A stretch of DNA of 61,747 nt, filler included, from Chiloscyllium plagiosum (GCF_004010195.1; 4 parts of one record of this genome joined end to end with filler, not necessarily neighbours in it), one strand, 5' to 3'; positions 11,716-24,564 are shown, counted from the whole stretch's first letter. The notes: generated by a model from the letters alone, not told the origin. A program made the numbers and translations.

Positions 11716-13299
11716 GATGGGGATTGGTCAGGAGTCTATTCGAGAAATTCAACAGTCTTGTATGCTTGGGGTTGCAACCCTTTCCAACCTGTGAAAATTC
11801 CAAATTAAAATAGCACAGGGTCAAGAAGGCACTCAAAATTTGCAAAGGTTGCAAAATGTTTCTGACTCCATTCTCGCTACCCTTAGTGGATGAAAAGCCA
11901 GCCCATTGGTATCTGTCATTTGCCTATGTTCAGTTGATCTTGCAGATAGTATTTTAGGGATGGGCAATAAACGTTCGCCCAGCCCTGATGAAGCACATAT
12001 CCCATATATGTGTGAATAAAAAAAAATCTGTGGTGGCTTTTAAGAATCGGGTAACATAAAAACTTAATGTATGCTATCTTTTACTTTTTACTTTATTATC
12101 CGTACAGAAAATTCCATTGCTTATTGATTAAAATAAACCTATAAGTAAATTATAACAATATAGAAAAAAAGCATTCTTTCACAAGAAAGCAAACATTAAT
12201 TAAAATATGAAATAAAGCTATTCTAATGCAATTAGAATAATCACTAGGTGAGTCCACTGTGGATCCTTGTCCCTACATCAGCTCCTGTTTAATGTTCTTA
12301 CCTTTACATTTTCATGAATAACCCAGACTGTGGGATAATTGGGTTCTCCCGTGAAGCAGAGGAAATTAAGACAAATCTCTTCTGCTGTACCCAGTTATAA
12401 ATGTTGACATCAATGCATGCAGGCTGTTAGGAGAAACACACAGAAGAAATGTATTTGAAAACAACAAGTGCATTTACCTGTTTTATTATAATGCTAAAGG
12501 TGGCCTTCCAGGAAATATAAGGCCCTGCCTGCTCACTGCATCCCAGATAGTGAATGAACCCAAATGTGCCTCAATGTATTATTGAAACATTGATGAAGGA
12601 AGTCCAGAGACCTCAAATTAGAGGCATGGTGAAATGAAGAAAATAAGATCAAGTCATCTTTTCCATGCAAATCCATCAATATTCTTTAAATGCTATAAAT
12701 GTAAGTCATTGATGTTGTAAAATAGCTGATAAAAACATTTAGATTTGTGATTGGTAGACAAGAATAATACATAAACCAGTGAATTCTAATTGGAATTTGC
12801 ATTTGATACTGAAGCTTGATCTAAGAGGACTGTAGATTTGATAGTCCCCCCCAAATCAGGTTAATTTGATTTGGACTCTTGTCATCCAATAGAGAAATAC
12901 ACAGGCACATAAACAAATACAGCGCAAGGAGTGAGGCCTACAGTCTTCACCTTTCGGGGAGAGGACAGAATGTCCACAAGAGTCCAGAGTTTGATTAGAC
13001 AGAGCACTGATATTACATGGCAATTGTAAGCTGATTGACTGGTGAATAACTGGAGTTACGGAGTGTATGTAAACTGCTGTGATTTAGAAAAAGGTTTTTC
13101 AAAATTTTTCAAAAAACCTTAAATGCTACCCATATAATTAATTAAAGGAGGTGGGATGGAAGAAAGTATTTATTTAATTCTTTATTCTATTCTCAAATTA
13201 TAAGAATTATCAGATTGTTAAGACTTAAATTAGCACAGGAATTGGTAGTGAGAAGAGGCATTGATTTAATAATGAATGAAATCAATTAATTACTTAATT

Positions 13300-13468
13300 A
13301 AGACATAACAAAGAAAGCACAGCAAGTGATGTGTTGTGACTGCAGAACACATGAGCTCCTGGATGCCAGTTTGATCCATAGTAAACATAAATGCCATAAT
13401 ATTCTGCAACTTCAGGAGCTTCACCTCAAGCATATTAGATGGGAACCAAGACGAAGACATTGACAAAT
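13300..13468 (+). mobile_element. Possible old CR1 ORF1 N-terminal fragment
   Basis: GCAAGTGATGTGTTGTGACTGCAG...GAGCTCCTGGA resembles the Cys-rich start of CR1 ORF1. Truncated by a gap. Confidence 0.3.
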
Positions 13469-13568
13469 NNNNNNNNNNNNNNNNNNNNNNNNNNNNNNNN
13501 NNNNNNNNNNNNTTAATTAATTAANNNNNNNNNNNNNNNNNNNNNNNNNNNNNNNNNNNNNNNNNNNN
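13469..13568. other. Artificial 100-bp scaffold gap with TTAATTAATTAA linker
   Basis: 44 N + TTAATTAATTAA + 44 N, the same layout as at 27308-27407 and 55147-55246. Confidence 0.97.
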
Positions 13569-13859
13569 GGGCCCCTCGGGGGAGGAATCCCGCACGAATA
13601 CGGGTTTTATTACATCTGATGTTAACACATTCCGAGCATGTAAGAGACTTAAATATACACTCTGGTTAGTTGTAGGTTAGATTAGTAGATAGTTGAGTTT
13701 TGTTTTTTTTTCTTTTTCGGTTTTTTTAATTCTTTTGTTAAATTTTGGCTATTGTATATTTGATTTAATTATATATCAATGTTTATATTTGAGAGTTTTG
13801 TTTATTTTTGTAAACTTGTAAAAATGTTAAATTTCTAATAAAAATATCTGTAAAAAAAA
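13569..13859 (+). mobile_element. L1/Tx1-like LINE 3' UTR with poly(A)
   Basis: T-rich UTR, AATAAA near 13837 and an A-run ending at 13859. Confidence 0.5.
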
Positions 13860-14561
13860 GAGAAAATGTTCTTTCCAGTGTTGATGGATAGCATTGTCAT
13901 TCTTAAAAAGAGAACCAATATCCTGTGAGTGAAAAGGACGTTTTCAATGTGACCTTGATCTTTGACTTTGATCCTGGTGACTTCAAAATAAAAGCTTTGC
14001 TTATTGTGATGGTCATTATATTATTTGGTCTCTTGGCCATTTTCTTTCCACCATAATGTCCTTGATTTTCTGGATTTGCCTATGGGCAACTATTTTGACC
14101 TCTTGGAATCCCACCACTTTGATTTCCAATTTTGGATTGTTCTGCCAGGCAGTGAAGCTGCAGTCCTCACTTTTGCCTCGTGAAGATTCCTCAGTTTTGT
14201 TCAAGGAGGTCACCTAATTTGGCATAATTTTAGCTGAACCAACATTGGTGAGGACAATACTCAAACCGACTGATCTGGACAGATGAGTCTTGTTATAGGT
14301 GACATTATATGATTTGGAATTGAGTTGATTATGGTGAAGATGTTCCTGTTTGGTCATGACCTACATCTGGAATACCTCCCTTTGGAGCTGAACCATCAAT
14401 ACTCCTTTTGGAGTTTTGAAACTTGCAATTGCTTTGCATAGCTGAATATTCATCAATGAATAGATTTGTCTGTGATCTGTCCAGAAGGGATCTGTCCTCT
14501 GCATAGATAGAGGGATAAATACATTTCTTCGACTGTTGAAAAGAGCAATGTCATAAATCAA

Positions 14562-14905
14562 TGGTGGCCCAGTGGTTAGCACTGCTGCCTCCCAGCGCAG
14601 GGGACTTGGGTATGATTCCAGCCTCGGGCGACTGTCTGTGTGGAGTTTGCACATTCTCCCCGTGCCTGCGTGGGTTTCCTCTGGGTGCTCTGGTTTCCTC
14701 CCACAATCCAAAGATATGCAAGTTGAGTGAATTGGCTGTGCTAAATTGCCCATAGTGTTCAGGGGTGTGTAGGCGAGAGATGCATTAGTCAGGGGTAAAT
14801 GTAGAGTAATAGGGTAAGGGAATGGGTCAAGGTGGGTTACTATTCGGAGGGTTGGTGTGGACTTGTTAAGCCTAATGGCCTATTTCCACACTGTAGGGAT
14901 TCTAT
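14562..14905 (+). mobile_element. HE1-type tRNA-derived V-SINE
   Basis: Box A TGGCCCAGTGG, box B-like GGTATGATTCC, V-domain GTGTGGAGTTTGCACATTCTCCCCGTG..GTGGGTTTCCTC, CR1-like tail. Confidence 0.9.
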
Positions 14906-15151
14906 TCATTCAGTACTTTGAGATAGGATTCTTCCACGTGCTTTTGTGTTTATCCTTTTGGTGGAGGAGGGTGTTTGTTATAATGATGTTATGCTGATGC
15001 ATTTTGTCAGCAAGGGGATGCAAGTTACATTAGCTTTCTCCACCCTTTTCCCAATGTTCTGGACATTGGAGCTATGGCCAGTCCTGAAGTTACAGATTCT
15101 GATATGAAAGATCTTTTCCTTTGGATGGCAGTGAGAATTTTATTAATGTTA

Positions 15152-15690
15152 ATTGATTGATTTGATTTCTTGTCACGTGCACTTAAGTGCAGTGAAAAGC
15201 TTTGTTTGTGAGCAGTGCAGGAAGATCATAGTAAGCAAGGACATACAGATCATCTCGGTGAGAAAAAACTTTGGCCAGAGTGACAGATACAGCTTACACC
15301 GCACAGGTTAGACAAGATCAACATTAACAAGATCAGCATCATTTGAAGTTAGAGAGTCTATTCATCAGTGTAATATTGGCAGGGAAGAAGCTGTTCTTGA
15401 ACCTGCCAATGGGTGTGTTCAAGCTTCTGTATCTTCTGCATGATGGAAGAGGTAAGAGGAGAGCATTACCAGGGTGGGATGGGTCTTTGCTGCTGTTGAT
15501 AGCCTTTCTGCAGCAACAAGATGTGTAAGTAGAGTCCATGAATGGGAGGTTGGCTTCTATGATGGTTTGGGCTATTCACCCAACTTTATCATTTCTTATG
15601 GTGCTGGACAAAGCAATTGCTGTCCCAGGCCCTTATATGCCTGGACAGTATGCTTTCTATGGTGCATCTATGAAAGTTGGTGAGAATGGT
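15152..15690 (-). mobile_element. Rex1/Babar-type LINE 3' end
   Basis: ORF 15339-15539 KDPSHPGNALLLPLPSCRRYRSL...RFKNSFFP..I.LMN matches the C-terminal motif of Rex1/Babar ORF2. (ATCAA)n-like tail. Confidence 0.75.
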
Positions 15691-15904
15691 GAGTTCTCAG
15701 AGTAGAACATTCTTAAACATCCTCATTAGTTTCAAGGTTTGGGCATGAGCACTGATGTTGATGGTTTATTGTTTGTGACTGAGTTATTTTGAAATGTCAA
15801 CAGCCTTTCAATTATGCATTTGGGGACTTATGGCAGTGCATCCAGTAACTCATTGGGATGGCAGAAACAACTCTGAACTGAAAGGTTGGTGCCAGCCTTT
15901 CCAG

Positions 15905-16544
15905 TAGAAGGTATATCCTTGATCTTGTTTTCTCAACTGCTCCTCACCTTAAAAATCAGTCTCACTGAGGTAGCAATGTCAGTTTGGTATCTTAAGAGCT
16001 ACTGTGATACAATTACAATGCTTTAAGGAGCAATATAGCACAGGAACAGGCCCTTTGGCCTACTTAGACTGTGGCGATATGATGCCTTTTTAAACTTTCA
16101 AAAACTTTTTGCCTCTGTGTTGTCTGTATCCCTCTGTTCCTTGCCTATTTATATAGCTATCAAGACACCTCGAAAACACTGCTTTTATATCCGCCTACAT
16201 CATCTCCTCTGGCAGCGCAATCCAGGCATTTACCACCACTGTCTAAACATTCTGCCACTCACAGCTCCTTTAAACTTACTTGACGCCTATGTCCCCTTGT
16301 AATTGGCATATCTACCCTGGGAAAAAATTCTGACTGCTCATTCTATCCATGCTTTGCATAATTTTTCTTCCTTCCAAGCAGTCATTCCTTAGATTGTCTT
16401 TGAGATTATCATCGAGTTATAGAGTTATAGAGTCAGAGATGTACAGCATGGAAACAGACCCTTCGGTCCAATCTGTCCATGCCGACCAGATATCCCAACC
16501 CAATCTAGTCCCACCTGCCAGCACCCGGCCCATATCCCTCCAAA
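15905..16544. repeat. Left arm of 640-bp near-perfect inverted duplication
   Basis: Reverse complement of 23925-24564. ORFs 16117-16302(+) and 24167-24352(-) translate identically. Confidence 0.95.
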
Positions 16545-17833
16545 NNNNNNNNNNNNNNNNNNNNNNNNNNNNNNNNNNNNNNNNNNNNNNNNNNNNNNNN
16601 NNNNNNNNNNNNNNNNNNNNNNNNNNNNNNNNNNNNNNNNNNNNNNNNNNNNNNNNNNNNNNNNNNNNNNNNNNNNNNNNNNNNNNNNNNNNNNNNNNNN
16701 NNNNNNNNNNNNNNNNNNNNNNNNNNNNNNNNNNNNNNNNNNNNNNNNNNNNNNNNNNNNNNNNNNNNNNNNNNNNNNNNNNNNNNNNNNNNNNNNNNNN
16801 NNNNNNNNNNNNNNNNNNNNNNNNNNNNNNNNNNNCTTCACTATCCTATCTACCTGCGACTCCACTTTCAAGGAGCTATGAACCTGCACTCCAAGGTCTC
16901 TTTGTTCAGCAACACTCCCTAGGACCTTACCGTTAAGTGTACAAGTCCTGCTAAGATTTGCTTTCCCAAAATGCAGCACCTCACATTTATCTAAACTAAA
17001 CTCTATCTGCCACTTCTCAGCCCATTGACCCATCTGATCAAGGTCCTGTTGTAATCTGAGGTAACCCTCTTGGCTGTCCACTACACCTCCAATTTTGGTG
17101 TCATCTGCAAACTCACTAACTGTACCCATTATGCTCGCATCCCAATCATTTATGTAAATGACAAAAAGTAGAGGACCCAGTACCAATCCTTCTTGCACTC
17201 CACTGGTCACAGGCCTCCAGTCTGAAAAACAGCCTTCTACCACCACCCTCTGTCTTCTACCTTTGAGCAGTTCTGTATCCAAATGGCTAGTTCTCTCTAT
17301 ATTCCATGAGATCTAACCTTGCTAACCAGTCTCCCATTGTCAAGCGCCTTACTGAAGTCCATATAGATCACATCTACCACTCTGCCCTTATCAATCCTCT
17401 TTGTTACTTTGTCAAAAACCTCAATCAAGTTTGTGAGACATCATTTCCCATGTACAAAGCCATGTTGACTCTCCCTAATCAGTCCTTGCCTTTCCAAATA
17501 CATGTACATCCTGTCCCTCAGGATTCCCTCCAACAACTTGCCCACCACCGACATCAGGCTCACTGGTCTATAGTTCCCTGGCTTGTCCTTACCACCTTTC
17601 TTAAACAATAGCACCACATTAGCCAACCTCCAGTCTTCTGGCACCTCACCTGTGACTATCGATGATACAAATATGTCAGCAAGAGTGCCAGCAATCATTT
17701 CTCTAGCTTCCCACAGAGTTCTAGGGTCTACCAGATCAGATACTGGGGATTTATCCACCTTTATGCATTTCAACACATGCAGCGCTTCCTCCTACTGTAA
17801 TCTAGACAATTTGCAAGATGTCACCATCTATTT

Positions 17834-18038
17834 GGAGGAGAAAGTGAGGTCTGCAGATGCTGGAGATCAGAGCTGAAAATGTGTTGCTGGAAAAGCGCAG
17901 CAGGACAGGCAGCATCCAGGGAACAGGAGAATCGACGTTTCGGGCATAAGCCTGAGGAAGGGCTTATGCCCGAAACGTCGATTCTCCTGTTCCCTGGATG
18001 CTGCCTGACCTGCACTTTTCCAGCAACACATTTTCAGC
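17834..18038. mobile_element. Fold-back PLE-terminus element with 14-bp TSD, nested in CR1
   Basis: Arms ~17871-17952 and ~17961-18038 are reverse complements. GTCACCATCTATTT occurs at 17820-17833 and 18039-18052. Confidence 0.92.
17951..17980 (+). ncRNA. Hammerhead core motif (second PLE family)
   Basis: C-CUGAGGA-A-GGGC-uuau-GCCC-GAAA-CG-UC-G. Core intact, stem I reduced by the inversion junction. Confidence 0.5.
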
Positions 18039-21000
18039 GTCACCATCTATTTCCCTACATTCTATATCTTCCATATCCTTTTCCACAGTAAATACTGATG
18101 CAAAATACTCAATCAGTATCTCCCCCATTTTCTGCGGCTCCACACAATGGCCGCCTTGCTGATCTTTGAGGGGCCCTATTCTCTCCCTAGTTACCCTTTT
18201 GTCCTTAATATATTTGTAAACACCCTTTGGATTCTCCTTAATTCTATTTACCAAGCTATTTCATGTCCCCTTTTTGCCCTCCTGATTTCCCTCTTAAGTA
18301 TACTCCTACTTTTCTTTATACTCTTCTAAGGATTCACTCGATTTATCCTGTCTATACCTTACACATGCTTCCTTCTTTTTCTTAACCAAACCCTCAATTT
18401 TTTTAGTCATCCAGCATTTCCCTATACCTGCCAGCCTTTCCTTTCACCCTAACAGGAATATACTTTCTCTGGATTCTCATTATCTAAATTTCTGAAGGCT
18501 TCCCATTTTCCAGCCNNNNNNNNNNNNNNNNNNNNNNNNNNNNNNNNNNNNNNNNNNNNNNNNNNNNNNNNNNNNNNNNNNNNNNNNNNNNNNNNNNNNN
18601 NNNNNNNNNNNNNNNNNNNNNNNNNNNNNNNNNNNNNNNNNNNNNNNNNNNNNNNNNNNNNNNNNNNNNNNNNNNNNNNNNNNNNNNNNNNNNNNNNNNN
18701 NNNNNNNNNNNNNNNNNNNNNNNNNNNNNNNNNNNNNNNNNNNNNNNNNNNNNNNNNNNNNNNNNNNNNNNNNNNNNNNNNNNNNNNNNNNNNNNNNGGT
18801 CTATAATACAATTCCAATAAGGTGATCATCCCTTTCTTATTTCTCAGTTCCACCCAAATAACTTCCCTGGATGTATTTCCGGGAATATCGTCCCTCAGCA
18901 CAGCTGTAATGCTATCCCTTACCAAAAACGCCACACCCCTCTTCTCTTGCCTCCCTTTCTATCTTTCCTGTAGCATTTGCATCCTGGAACATTAAGCTGC
19001 CAGTCCTGCCCATCCCTGAGCCATGTTTCTGTGATTGCTATGATATCCCAGTCCCATTTTCCTAACCATGCCCTGAGTTCATCTGCCTTCCCTGTTAGGT
19101 CCCTTGCATTGAAATAAATGCAGTTTAATTTATTAGTCCTACCTTGTCCCTGCCGGCCCTGACTGTTTGACTCACTTCTGTTCTCAACTGTACCAGTCTC
19201 AGATTGACCTCTTTTCTCACTATCTCCCTGGGTCCCACCCCCCTACCTTCCAAGTTTAAGTCCTCCCGAGCATCTTGAGCAAATTTCCCTGCCAGTATAT
19301 TATTCCCCTTCCAATTTAGGTGCAATCCGTCCTTCTTGTACAGGTCACTTCTACCCCAAACGAGATTCCAATGATCAACAAATGTGAATCCTTCTTCTGT
19401 ATACCAGCTTCTCAGCCATGCATTCATCTGCTGTATCCTCCTATTCCTGCCCTCACTAGCTTGTACCACCGGGAGTAATCCAGATATTACTACTCTCGAG
19501 GACCTCCTTTTTAAATTCCTGCCTAACGCTCTGTAATCTCCTTTCAGAATCTCAACCTTTTCCCTTCCTACATCGTTGGTTCCAATGTGGACAATGACCT
19601 CTTGCTGGCCTCTCTCCCCCGCGAGAACATTCTGCACCCTGTCTGAGACATCCTTGATCCTGGCACCAGGGAAGCAACACACCATTCTGATTTTTCACTG
19701 CTGGCCACAAAGATGTCTGTCTGTACCTTGGACTAGAGAATCCCCTAACACAATTGATCTCTTGGTTTTCTAATGTTCAGAGTTGTAAAATTTTCTTTCC
19801 TTGACTACAAAGATGGTGATATCTCAAGGTCTGTCTCCTCAGCCAGGAGGATGTGGGACAGCCTATCATTTGGCCATCTTATACCTTATTCTCCATCTGG
19901 GTTGAGTAGAAGGAATTCAGAAGAGCTCTGTGTAGTGACACCTTCTGCTGCCCAAAGCTATCTATGTCCCATACAGGTCTCCCATGACCTGTATTCACTC
20001 ATCACCTGTGTGCTGCTCCCCTCTGGAGACTTCCAGGTTCAAAACTCTCTTGCCTTCACCCATGTTTTATCACCCATTTAAGACAAAGATGCGTTGTTTT
20101 TCTCAGAGATTTGTGAGTCCTTAAAACTCTTTTCCTGAAAAGGTGCTTGAGGCTCAGGTGGATTTTTGATACGCCGTGGGTTGGAATGTGGAGTAATCAA
20201 ACCAACCTTGATGTTGACTGGCAGTGCAGGCCTGAAGGGCTGAGTCCTTCACCTAATCCATGTGTTCATGGAGAACTTGGGCATGGACCTGAGTAGAAGC
20301 TGAGAAGTGACTTTGTTTTACACGGGAATGAGGGGTGCCAGCATTGTTCACAGGGTCATTCTGATTTCGGTGATGTGTCAAACAGCTTCCTTCTGCCTTC
20401 TCAACTGGTGAGATGCAAAGTCTCCCTTTACCTATTCTGCTGTTGAGCACTATTTTGACTATGTACTAAATGTAACCTTGCTGTCATGGGTACATGGAGT
20501 CCTGACAACATTGTTCTCGGGACTGCGAGATCCCACAAACCTCTCCTGCACATCGAGGTGATGATCCGCAGATGGTAATTAAACTTGGCTTGTCTAATAG
20601 ATATGCCAGATGTTAAGCCGCACTTGAAGCATAGATTGTACTTCTAGTGATATGTTTAATTGCCTGAGTATTAGCACTGTCATGAGCTTTTTGGTGTTTG
20701 CAGTTTTCATTGCAGCACTGAGCATGCACCCTTCCTGTTTTGTGAATTAGAATTCTGAAGTCCTTCTGCTCAGCAATGACGGTGTGTACATATCTCGATT
20801 AACCTAAGTGAAAATTGATCACACGGCATTGGAAGACATCTGAAAATTACACATTCACACAACTGCCATCCATATCCACTCAGACATTATCTATTGAACT
20901 CCTGGTAAATCTTTTGTACAGTGATCTGCGAATTTCTGAACTGTGGTCACTGTTTCCCGCCGCCTCCCACCCACTCCTGCCCAAATGCCTTCGTCTATAC

Positions 21001-21594
21001 ATGAATAAAGAATGCTTGAGTCTTCACAGTATAAATCTGCCCTCAAGAGGACACAAAGAACTACTTATGTTGTAAGTCTTTTATTGGAATTGATGTATAG
21101 TGTGGTTTGCGGTGTTCTTTCCTCAGAAAAGAATGGATGATTTGGAAAGGAGAAGCATATACAATGGATTAAAGTAGTCAGGATTCATATTCACACATTG
21201 AAGCTTTAATATGTTCCCACACTCTTCTGGGTGTCTGTACATTTTCTTATTACATATCAATTTCAGTGCACTCTTCTTTGTGTAGCAATTACTCTGATTT
21301 ATCTTAAATTTAAATGTTCTTGTAGGTTTACCCATTTTTTTTTGGTTTATTGTTATCATGCTACCTTCGTTAATCTGGTGATGTACAAGTGCACATCTAT
21401 CTGATTGGTAGCGCTTTGGAATCCTTCCTTGTTAACATAAATTGCTTTTTACTTGCATCAAATTGCAAGGAATAAATATATCTTTCTCATCCTTCATAAT
21501 ATCATTTTCTGGAGCAATCCCATTTGTGGAATCCAAGTTTATTAAGAAACACTAAAAGCTGTTTTGTTTTCTGTTGTGATGAGTAGAATCAATT

Positions 21595-23285
21595 ATTATG
21601 GGGCAGAAGAAGGCCATTTGGTCCAACCTATCTGCACTGGCTCTTTTTGGAACATGATATCTTAGTGTAGTTCTCCTGCCTTTCCCCTGTAATCCTGCAC
21701 CTTGTTTCTATTCAGATAATCATCTAATACCCTCTCTACTGCCTCAATTGAAACTGCCTTTACCACACTTCCAGGCAGTGCATTTCAGACCTTAACTACT
21801 CACTGTATGAAAAGTTTTTCCTCGTTGCATTTTCTTTGTTTGCAAATAACTTTTCATTGGTGCTGTCTTGATGCTAATCCTTTTATAGTGGAAAATATCT
21901 CTCACAATCTGTGCACACATCCTTCATTATAAGTTCTTATCCAAGCCACTCACCATTCTGACTTGGAAACATATTGCTATTCCTTCACTGTTGCTGGATC
22001 AAAATCCTGGAATTCCCTCCCTAATGGCATTGTGAGCCAGCAGTTCAAGAAGGCAACTCACCACCAACTTCTTGAGGGCAACTCGGGATGGGAATAAAAT
22101 TGCTGGCCAGTCAACAACAGCCAGGTCCCATGAATTAATAGAAAAAATTGAAAACTCCTATCAAATTTCTTCTCTGCCTTCTCCTTTCCAAACAAAACAA
22201 TATCAACTTCTTCAGTCTATCCTCAAAACTGAAGTGTTTCATCCATGAAATTATTGTTGTAAATCTCTTCTGCACTTTAACCAAAGCTCTTCAAGAATGG
22301 TGTTGCGACAAAGTCCTGGAGCTCCCTCCCTGCCGTCATTGTGAGTCTACCTACACCAAATGGACTGCAGTGGTTCAAGAAGGCAGCTTACCTTCTCAAG
22401 GACAACTAGGAACAGGCAATAAACGCTAGCCCAACCAGTGACACCCACATGCCATGAGTTAATTAAAAATAAGAACTGTACATCACGCTCCAGTTGAGAT
22501 ATAACTGGTGTTTTATAAAAGTTATGTACACCCTCCCTGCTCTTTTGTTCCGTGTCTGTTAATAAAGCTTCTGTTGTCCTATGCTGTGTGTTTTACTAAC
22601 TGCTCTCTTCACCTGTCCTAGCTCTGTTAATCCCTCTGTTTTTGTCGACAATTTACAGTAGTGGCCCTTAAATTATACTGTCTCTCCATGTTCTTTCTAT
22701 TAAAATGTATCATCTCTCACCTATCCACCAACTCCATCCATTTGTCATTGTCCCTTTGAAGTTCTACATTGTCCTTCTCACAGTTTGCAAAGCTTCCAGA
22801 TTTTGTGTCATCGTTCCCTGTATATCGGAAACTAGAATAATTTATATAACAGGAAAAGCAAAGGTTCCAACACTGTCCCTGGGTAACTCCATTACAAGTC
22901 TTCCTCCAGTCTGAGAAGCATGTGGTTCTGATCACAGAGCCAATTTTGCATCCACATTGCTGCTATCCATTTTATTCCACAAGCCCTTACTTTGGCACAT
23001 AACACGCTTGAGAGCAATGTATCCAAATGACTTTTGGATGTCTGTGTCCACCAAATCAGCAGCTTTACACTCATCAACTCTCTCTCTTGTCTCTTCAAAG
23101 AATGCCACCAGGTTTGTTAAGTGTGGTTTTCCCTTATGAAATCCACGTTGGTTCATAATTAACTCACCTTTGTCATTGTGGACTGATAATCACTAATTGT
23201 TGTTTTGAGGAATTTACGTGCAGTTGAAGTTAAACTGACTGATCTGTAATTTCTGGGCCTATTCTTAAACCCTTTTTGAACAAGG
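21595..23285 (-). mobile_element. Old CR1 LINE (3' end and RT) with nested LINE-tail fragments at ~21935-22147 and ~22290-22470
   Basis: Degenerate RT fragments NQRGFHKGKPHLTNLVAFFEE, DIQKSF, WMQNWL, NYRSVSLTS. Appears to resume at 24565. Confidence 0.75.
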
Positions 23286-23286
23286 A

Positions 23287-23553
23287 TTGATGGATTGTTG
23301 TCACATGTACAATGAGGTGCAATGAAAAGTATTGTTTTGTGTGCTATACCGGCCAATCGTACTATACAAAGTGCATCAGGGTAGTAGAACAGAGTGCAGA
23401 ATACAGTGCTATAGCTGCACAGAAAGTGCAAAGAGAGAAAGAAAACATTTATCCCTTCAAAAATCTGATAACGGGGAGGAAGCTATTCTTGAATTTGTTT
23501 GTACGTGTATTCAAACTTTTATATCTTCTGTCCAATGGAAGAGGGTGGAAGAG
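23287..23553 (-). mobile_element. Rex1/Babar-type 3' fragment
   Basis: Similar to 15152-15460 (TTGTCACATG...TGAAAAG...GAAGCTATTCTTGAAT...TATCTTCTG...TGGAAGAGG). Confidence 0.65.
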
Positions 23554-24052
23554 AGATGTTGTGAAACTTGAAAGGGTTCAGGAAAGATTTAAAAGGATGT
23601 TGCCAGGGTTGGAGGATTTGAGCTATAGGGACAGGCTGAACAGGCTGGGGCTGTTTTCCCTGGGGGGGTCGGAGGCTGAGAGGTGATCTTATAGAGGTTT
23701 ACAAAATTATGAAGGGCATGGATAGGGTAAATCGGCAAAGTCTTTTCCCTGGGGTCGGGGAATCCAGAACTAGAGGGCATAGGTTTAGGGTGAGAGGAGA
23801 AAGATATAAAAGAGACCTAAGGGGCAACTTTTTCCACGCAGTGTGGGGTATGTGTATGGAATGAGCTGCCAGAGGAAGTGGTGGAGGCTGGTATAATTGC
23901 AGCATTTAATATGAATAGGAAGTGTTTGGAGGGATATGGGCCGGGTGCTGGCAGGTGGGACTAGATTGGGTTGGGATATCTGGTCGGCATGGACAGATTG
24001 GACCGAAGGGTCTGTTTCCATGCTGTACATCTCTGACTCTATAACTCTATAA
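23554..24052 (+). mobile_element. CR1 3' end (young subfamily), part of the duplicated block
   Basis: DVVKLERVQERFKRMLPGLEDLSYRDRLNRLGLFSL, with tail CTCTGACTCTATAACTCTATAA. Confidence 0.92.
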
Positions 24053-24564
24053 CTCGATGATAATCTCAAAGACAATCTAAGGAATGACTGCTTGGAAGGA
24101 AGAAAAATTATGCAAAGCATGGATAGAATGAGCAGTCAGAATTTTTTCCCAGGGTAGATATGCCAATTACAAGGGGACATAGGCGTCAAGTAAGTTTAAA
24201 GGAGCTGTGAGTGGCAGAATGTTTAGACAGTGGTGGTAAATGCCTGGATTGCGCTGCCAGAGGAGATGATGGAGGCGGATATAAAAGCAGTGTTTTCGAG
24301 GTGTCTTGATAGCTATATAAATAGGCAAGGAACAGAGGGATACAGACAACACAGAGGCAAAAAGTTTTTGAAAGTTTAAAAAGGCATCATATCGCCACAG
24401 TCTAAGTAGGCCAAAGGGCCTGTTCCTGTGCTATATTGCTCCTTAAAGCATTGTAATTGTATCACAGTAGCTCTTAAGACACCAAACTGACATTGCTACC
24501 TCAGTGAGACTGATTTTTAAGGTGAGGAGCAGTTGAGAAAACAAGATCAAGGATATACCTTCTA
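23925..24564. repeat. Right arm of 640-bp inverted duplication
   Basis: Reverse complement of 15905-16544. I noted only about two substitutions by eye. Confidence 0.95.

Larger units (their letters stand above)
16416..19765 (-). mobile_element. Long CR1 LINE copy (ORF1 SGNH esterase, ORF2 APE and RT), decayed and gapped
   Basis: ORF 19125-19685 CFPGARIKDV...VHIGTNDV...DGLHLN (SGNH), endonuclease (IWVELRNKKG), RT (NYRPVSL, QHGF, FADDTK), (CTCTATAA/CTCTGA) tail. Confidence 0.95.

Noticed and set aside
14562..14630. tRNA gene-like A/B boxes (also 33620-33690 and 53015-53095)
   Set aside because: SINE heads followed by SINE bodies, with no complete cloverleaf.
19125..19685. SGNH esterase as a host gene
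   Set aside because: It is CR1 ORF1, directly upstream of the APE/RT ORF2, with a near-identical partial copy at 54625-54840.
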